Assembly: GCA_026770705.1 (NCBI GenBank)
Contig: JANJGN010003745.1
Location: forward strand, 1 to 40,816
Direction of reading: 5' to 3'
DNA length: 40,816 nucleotides
Source: Isurus oxyrinchus
Lineage: Eukaryota
The translations under genes and the position numbers were made by a program. The notes beneath the pieces were generated by a model, which searched no databases, was not told the DNA's origin, and worked only from the letters and a program-made list of their open reading frames with translations. Shown in pieces: positions 36,447 to 40,816 of this stretch. Within the stretch, counting starts at the first letter, position 1. Each line of letters begins with the position of its first letter.

Positions 36447-36734
36447 ATTAACCAATGTTGTATCTGTACTGAGCTTTACAGTAATAGTTGGCGGTGTCTT
36501 CAACTCTCACGTCCCGAATTTCCAGTGAAAATGTCTTTCCTGCTTTATTCACCGACACAACAAATCTCTCCCCGCTGGAGATCCGCTCCCACTCTGTCCC
36601 GGTCTGGGTTTGTTTGAAGAAATGTCCATTTTGTAAATAATAATAACCATAATAAACACAGGTGATGGTGAGAGACTGACACTCCTTCCTGGTCACCGCT
36701 GCTGGGGTGTGTGTCACTGACTGACTGAAAGAGC
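36447..36734 (-). CDS. NAR-TCR V exon (VNAR-like variable domain), apparently intact
   Basis: SFSQSVTHTPAAVTRKECQSLTITCVY...FFKQTQTGTEWERISSGERFVVSVNKAGKTFSLEIRDVRVEDTANYYCKAQYRYNIG*. Shows VNAR-type CDR2 truncation, an FR3 like IgNAR (GGRYVETVNKGSKSFSLRI.DLRVED) and an extra FR1 Cys. Confidence 0.9.
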
Positions 36735-36882
36735 CTGGAAATTAAACAGAGAGAGTGTAATGGACAATCAGAGCCGAACCACGGAGCGGGGTTAAACCCG
36801 CAGACATTGTCTGTAATTGGGATATACTCAAGCAGCTTTATATTAAACCCACACAATGTCGGTTTGTTTGATCGGTACTCAC

Positions 36883-36925
36883 GGGGTATAGAGACACACA
36901 AGGTGAAAACAAGGAGGATTCCCAT
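36883..36925 (-). CDS. Leader exon of the NAR-TCR V (MGILLVFTLCVSIP)
   Basis: ATG at 36925, 43 nt, donor C|GTGAGT, in frame with the V exon acceptor ttccag| at 36735. Confidence 0.9.
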
Positions 36926-37599
36926 CGCTCTGCTGCCTAGAGCTGGGGGTTTATGTGACGGGGAGCTGGAGACTGCAGCCCTGGACTGCCCTGGGAGACC
37001 GGACTTCAGGGCTGGACTGAAACACCTTAGGGGATCGAGTTGATTTACAAAGGGCAGCTTAGCTGAGATCATTGATGGGCCGCACGGTTCTCGGGTCGCT
37101 GGCTAAATGTTTTGTGAATAAGAGACAGGTTTATAAAAGGAGGCTGCAATTTTCTGACTCTACATTGGGATTGTGATCCGGATGTGAAATCCCCTCCCAC
37201 AATACTCTGTTGTACAGGGCTGGGGGTAGGGAGCTTTTCTTTCTGCCAGTTGTGCTGCCGCCCTCCTTACCCCACAGTGATGAACCGGGAGGTCGGTGCA
37301 TGAGTTCGTATTGGGTGGTGTTTGTTAAAGGTGGGATGTGGGCCCAGGACATCGAGACAGTCCCTAATGAACGTACCGGACTCTTATGCCCAACCCCGGT
37401 CTCTAGCAGCTGAACTATTCCCACAATGAGGACACTGGCTGCAGCGCAGCTCGAGCTGCTTCTATTCACTGACTTCCAGCTCAGCAACGCTCCCACGAAT
37501 AACACTTGTCTTCTTATGGTGACCTGGATGTAAGAAACTAGATTGTGCTGTTCTGAGATAGATTCCAAGACTAGCAGATAATACAAAGATTGGAAACTT

Positions 37600-38200
37600 T
37601 GTGAATTTTGTTTGGGATAGATTTGAACTTCAGAAGGACATACAGACGTGGGTGGTTTGCCAGAAGAAGTTGTACATAAGCTATTGAAGATGGCACAGCA
37701 TGTTGAGAGAGCAGTTAATAAAGCATACAGTATCTTAGGCTTTATTAATAGGGGCATTGTGGAAAAGAGTAATGAGGTCATGTTGAACATTTGTAAGACA
37801 CTAGTTAGGTTGTTACTACTTCCTTAATAATTGACTCTAGCATTTTACAAGCGACAGATGTTACGCAGAGTGGCACAGGGTTTCCTAGGACGTGGGATGG
37901 GGGGGTGGGGGTGGGCATAATCGCAGAGTAATGGGGCCCCCCACTTAAAATAGAGATGAGGAGGAATCTATTCTCTCAGAGGGTCGTCAATCTGTGGAAT
38001 TGTTTACCAAAGAGGCTAGGTCGTTAAATATATCCAAGGTTGAGAAATACAGTAAGTAAGTGAATCATGGGTGATAGTGGAAAGACAGGAAAGTGGAGTT
38101 GAGGATTATCAGAATAGCCATGATCTCACTGAATGGCGGACCTAGACTCGATGGGCCGAATGGCCTACTTCTGCTCCTAAGTCTTATGGTCTTATGTGGT
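37600..38200 (+). mobile_element. CR1-type LINE fragments
   Basis: HVERAVNKAYSILGFINRGIVEKSNEVMLNICKTLVR-like frame, plus a 3' UTR gagatgaggaggaatctattctctcagagggtcgt...gggccgaatggcctact. Confidence 0.75.
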
Positions 38201-38479
38201 TGCCATGGATTGCAGTGCAAGCCAGTAGCTCACACATGCTGCAGCCGAGACACATCACCTCTCCTGCCATCTTTATTGAGCGAATTACATTTATTTTGAT
38301 TAATTAATTTGTATCTTCACTGAACACCCTCACTCACCAAACTTACGCCTTCACACATTGTATATTCAGGCAACAATCAATGCTGACCACTCAGTGTAAT
38401 GTGATATAAAAAGAGGTACACCCTAGTGCAGCAACTATAGTAATATCACGATATAGAATTACAACAATCGATCTTACTT

Positions 38480-39370
38480 ACCTTTTGAGTCTCCTAGAAA
38501 TATTACTCCTAAGCAGTCGCTCTGAATTGAAGAAAATATTGCCGGCGGCATTCTGATTGCTTCCACCAGGTGGCAGCAACACCTCAGAAACGGATAATTC
38601 TTTTCAATATGTCCGAAAGTCTTTAACACTGAGGGACATTTAAACAGGCTCATCAAATTATTCGAATCGTCTCGAGCTGGCGGACTTCTGCTTCCCCTGC
38701 AGGCCGGTAGAAACAACCAATTATTGCAGCCATGTCAGAAGAAGCGGGAAACCAACTGAACTGGCACCAGGAAAGCGGGTGGGAGTGTGTTTTCTTAATG
38801 GGAATAAGGAGCAGCCAATTCTGCCCTCATTCCGTTCATGCAATCATCAAAGAGAGAGCCATTGTTCAACATGGACGTAATTAGATGGTGCTTATGAGGA
38901 TTGCCGTAGGGATTTGTGCCCTTTGAGTGTCTTCGGAAGATAATTCCTGAACAACAGTTCTCTGAACTGAAGGAAACAATGACGGGGACAATTCTGATTT
39001 CTCCCGCAAGATGGCAGCACACTTTCAGGAACTGCTCAGATTACACATGCTCTGTTTTAATATGTCCAAATTTCTTTTACATTTAGGAACATTTACTGGT
39101 TCATATAATTATTACGCCCTTATAGCTTGGAGTACTGCTGTTTCCACTGCAGACTGATGTTTCAGAACAATTATTCCTTTTCTGTTTGCCACGAACTGCC
39201 TCTGAAGCTGAACTAGTAGAACGGTTCCAGGAAAGGGTCTGGAGATAGTTTTGGGAAATGGGGAATGGCGAGCAGCCAATTCAGCCCCCATAACGTTAAT
39301 GCAATCATCAGGAAGAGGGTCAGCAATCAAAGGGACCGGTTTCAGATACAGTTTTTGTTGTACTTGTTCT
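38480..39370. repeat. Diverged tandem duplication, ~440-460-bp unit, 2 copies
   Basis: ttctgatt...gtggcagca at 38551/38992, gcagccaattc.gccc.cat..cgtt.atgcaatcatca at 38811/39272. Confidence 0.8.
38563..38578 (+). promoter_or_regulatory. Candidate CTCF-binding site
   Basis: CCACCAGGTGGCAGCA matches the CTCF core consensus CCASYAGRKGGCRS. Confidence 0.55.
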
Positions 39371-39503
39371 TGTGCTTGTTTTATTGCTAGTAGGAATGGA
39401 TTCACGTGACAGTGTCTGACCCGCTGTGATAAACAGCCCTCAACAGAGAGAAGCTGTAACCCAGAAAGCTGCAGCAGTTATTGAACGAGGAACAATCGCT
39501 ATG

Positions 39504-40518
39504 AGACTCAGTGCACAGTAATATACTGCGGTGTCAGACAGCCGCAGCTCCGAGAAGGTCAATCGGTACAATCTGTCTGTCTGCTGGAATGTATCAGAAA
39601 ACCGGCTCTAAGCAAAATCCGCCTTAAATTCAGAATCACCGCCCATGTGTCTCTGGAGTGCAAACTCGGGCTGTCTGTCTGGGTATTGACAGCACCAGGA
39701 TAAGTAATAACCATCGCCGGTAAAGATGCAGGTTAAAGCGACATCTTCTCGCTCTGACTGTGTGAGCGAGGATTCGCGCTGAGTAACAGAATCTCCATTG
39801 CTCAGATCTGGAACACACGGTCAAAGGAAGAGGAAATCAGAGAGTATTACTTCAATTGAACTGAACTGACAGCAATAGTTCACAGACAGTGTTATATTGA
39901 TGTAGATATAATTCAGATGATAGAAAAGGTTATTGGGCACAACTGGTGTCTGTGGGTGTTTACAATCACCAGGAGTACCTTCCATCACTCTTCATTTTCT
40001 CTCTCAACATATCCTTCTCTTCATTCCCCCATCACCTGTCCAATTATATTAGGGATACTATTCACCCGAAACCCTCTTTGTGAAGGTGAATTCAACACTT
40101 TAACCGTTCCATGGGAATAAACCTTCTCCTGAATCCCCCTTTGGATAACTTTTCCCACTCCTGTATTTGTGGCTCGTAGCTTTATGATCTGTGACATGTG
40201 GAAAGATTTTCCATTTCAACCCCATCAAACTCCTTCAGCCATTTACAGATCTCTCCCACCTTGTCCCTCAGTCCTGACTTAACTGGGAAGAACAACCCCA
40301 TCCTCTCCAATTATTCCTCCTGATTTTCTATCTCCTTTTGGTAATACTGCAAATGTGGTCCAACAACCGGTCGGTAAAAGGATTACATTAACTCTCTGCT
40401 TTTCACATTGATTCATCCAGAAATTAATATTCTTTTTTATAAACGTTTCATCCTCTTATCAACAATGAATGCCCCCAGGCTACAGCGAGAACGGAGAGCC
40501 TCGTTGCTGCTGCTCCAT
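39504..40518 (-). pseudogene. TCR alpha/delta V pseudogene (defective leader 40518-40460, V exon 39807-39504)
   Basis: DLSNGDSVTQRESSLTQSEREDVALTCIFTGDGYYLSWCCQYPDRQPEF...DFA*SRFSD...LTFSELRLSDTAVYYCALS with one stop. Leader is frameshifted with donor G|ATAAG, heptamer is CATAGCG. Upstream GGAAAGTGACGCCA and CCAAT motifs at ~40560-40590. Confidence 0.9.
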
Positions 40519-40816
40519 AATCCCAGGGGCTTCTCTGTGTCTCAGAGAGTTGCAGTATATCCAATCAAAAAGCACTGGCGTCACTTTCCTATAGGTCCGA
40601 TGTCGCTCCCTGCGGAACACCAAATAGAAATAGCTGGGAGGGTGGGCAGATCTCACTTCCATGGGCTAAATTCATAGACTCCAAACATAAAGGCCGTGAC
40701 CGGCTGATCAGAACCAAATAAAATGTGCACACAAAGCCGATGGAACTCTAATTGATCTGAGGGGCATCCTGACCTATAACTGAACCACATGCAGGCCAGA
40801 ACGACAGATTTCATTC

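Noticed and set aside
36545-37790. ORFs 36545-37072(-) and 37131-37790(-)
   Set aside because: The first is read-through of promoter, leader and intron of the NAR V. The second starts antisense within a CR1 fragment and has no recognisable domain.
40774-40814. Leader-like mini-ORF MKSVVLACMWFSY on the minus strand
   Set aside because: The donor would be phase 2, and a better leader remnant with promoter motifs lies at 40460-40518. It is at the window edge, so context is missing.

Overview
Eukaryotic genomic DNA, most likely from a cartilaginous fish (shark/ray). That is inferred from the CR1-LINE/SINE/Penelope repeat types, a GPR139-like receptor and a VNAR-type V gene. The left part holds a ~4 kb satellite of 54-bp (2x27-bp) units and an intact two-exon GPR139-like class A GPCR on the minus strand. 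From ~10.6 kb onward the window is part of a T-cell receptor alpha/delta V region. It has seven defective or relic TCR V segments in both orientations, plus a minus-strand NAR-TCR cassette: leader, VNAR-like V, NAR-type J and a leaderless supporting TCR-delta V. Unusual points: (i) the NAR V has an extended 3' end and a 12-bp-spacer RSS facing a 23-RSS J, with no D between them; (ii) the supporting V has lost its YYC motif and is followed by two tandem 23-RSSs in a 58-bp repeat; (iii) another V has lost ~20 nt exactly at the coding-end/heptamer border. Together these may be footprints of germline RAG activity. All analysis was by eye, no database searches were run, and repeat boundaries are approximate.
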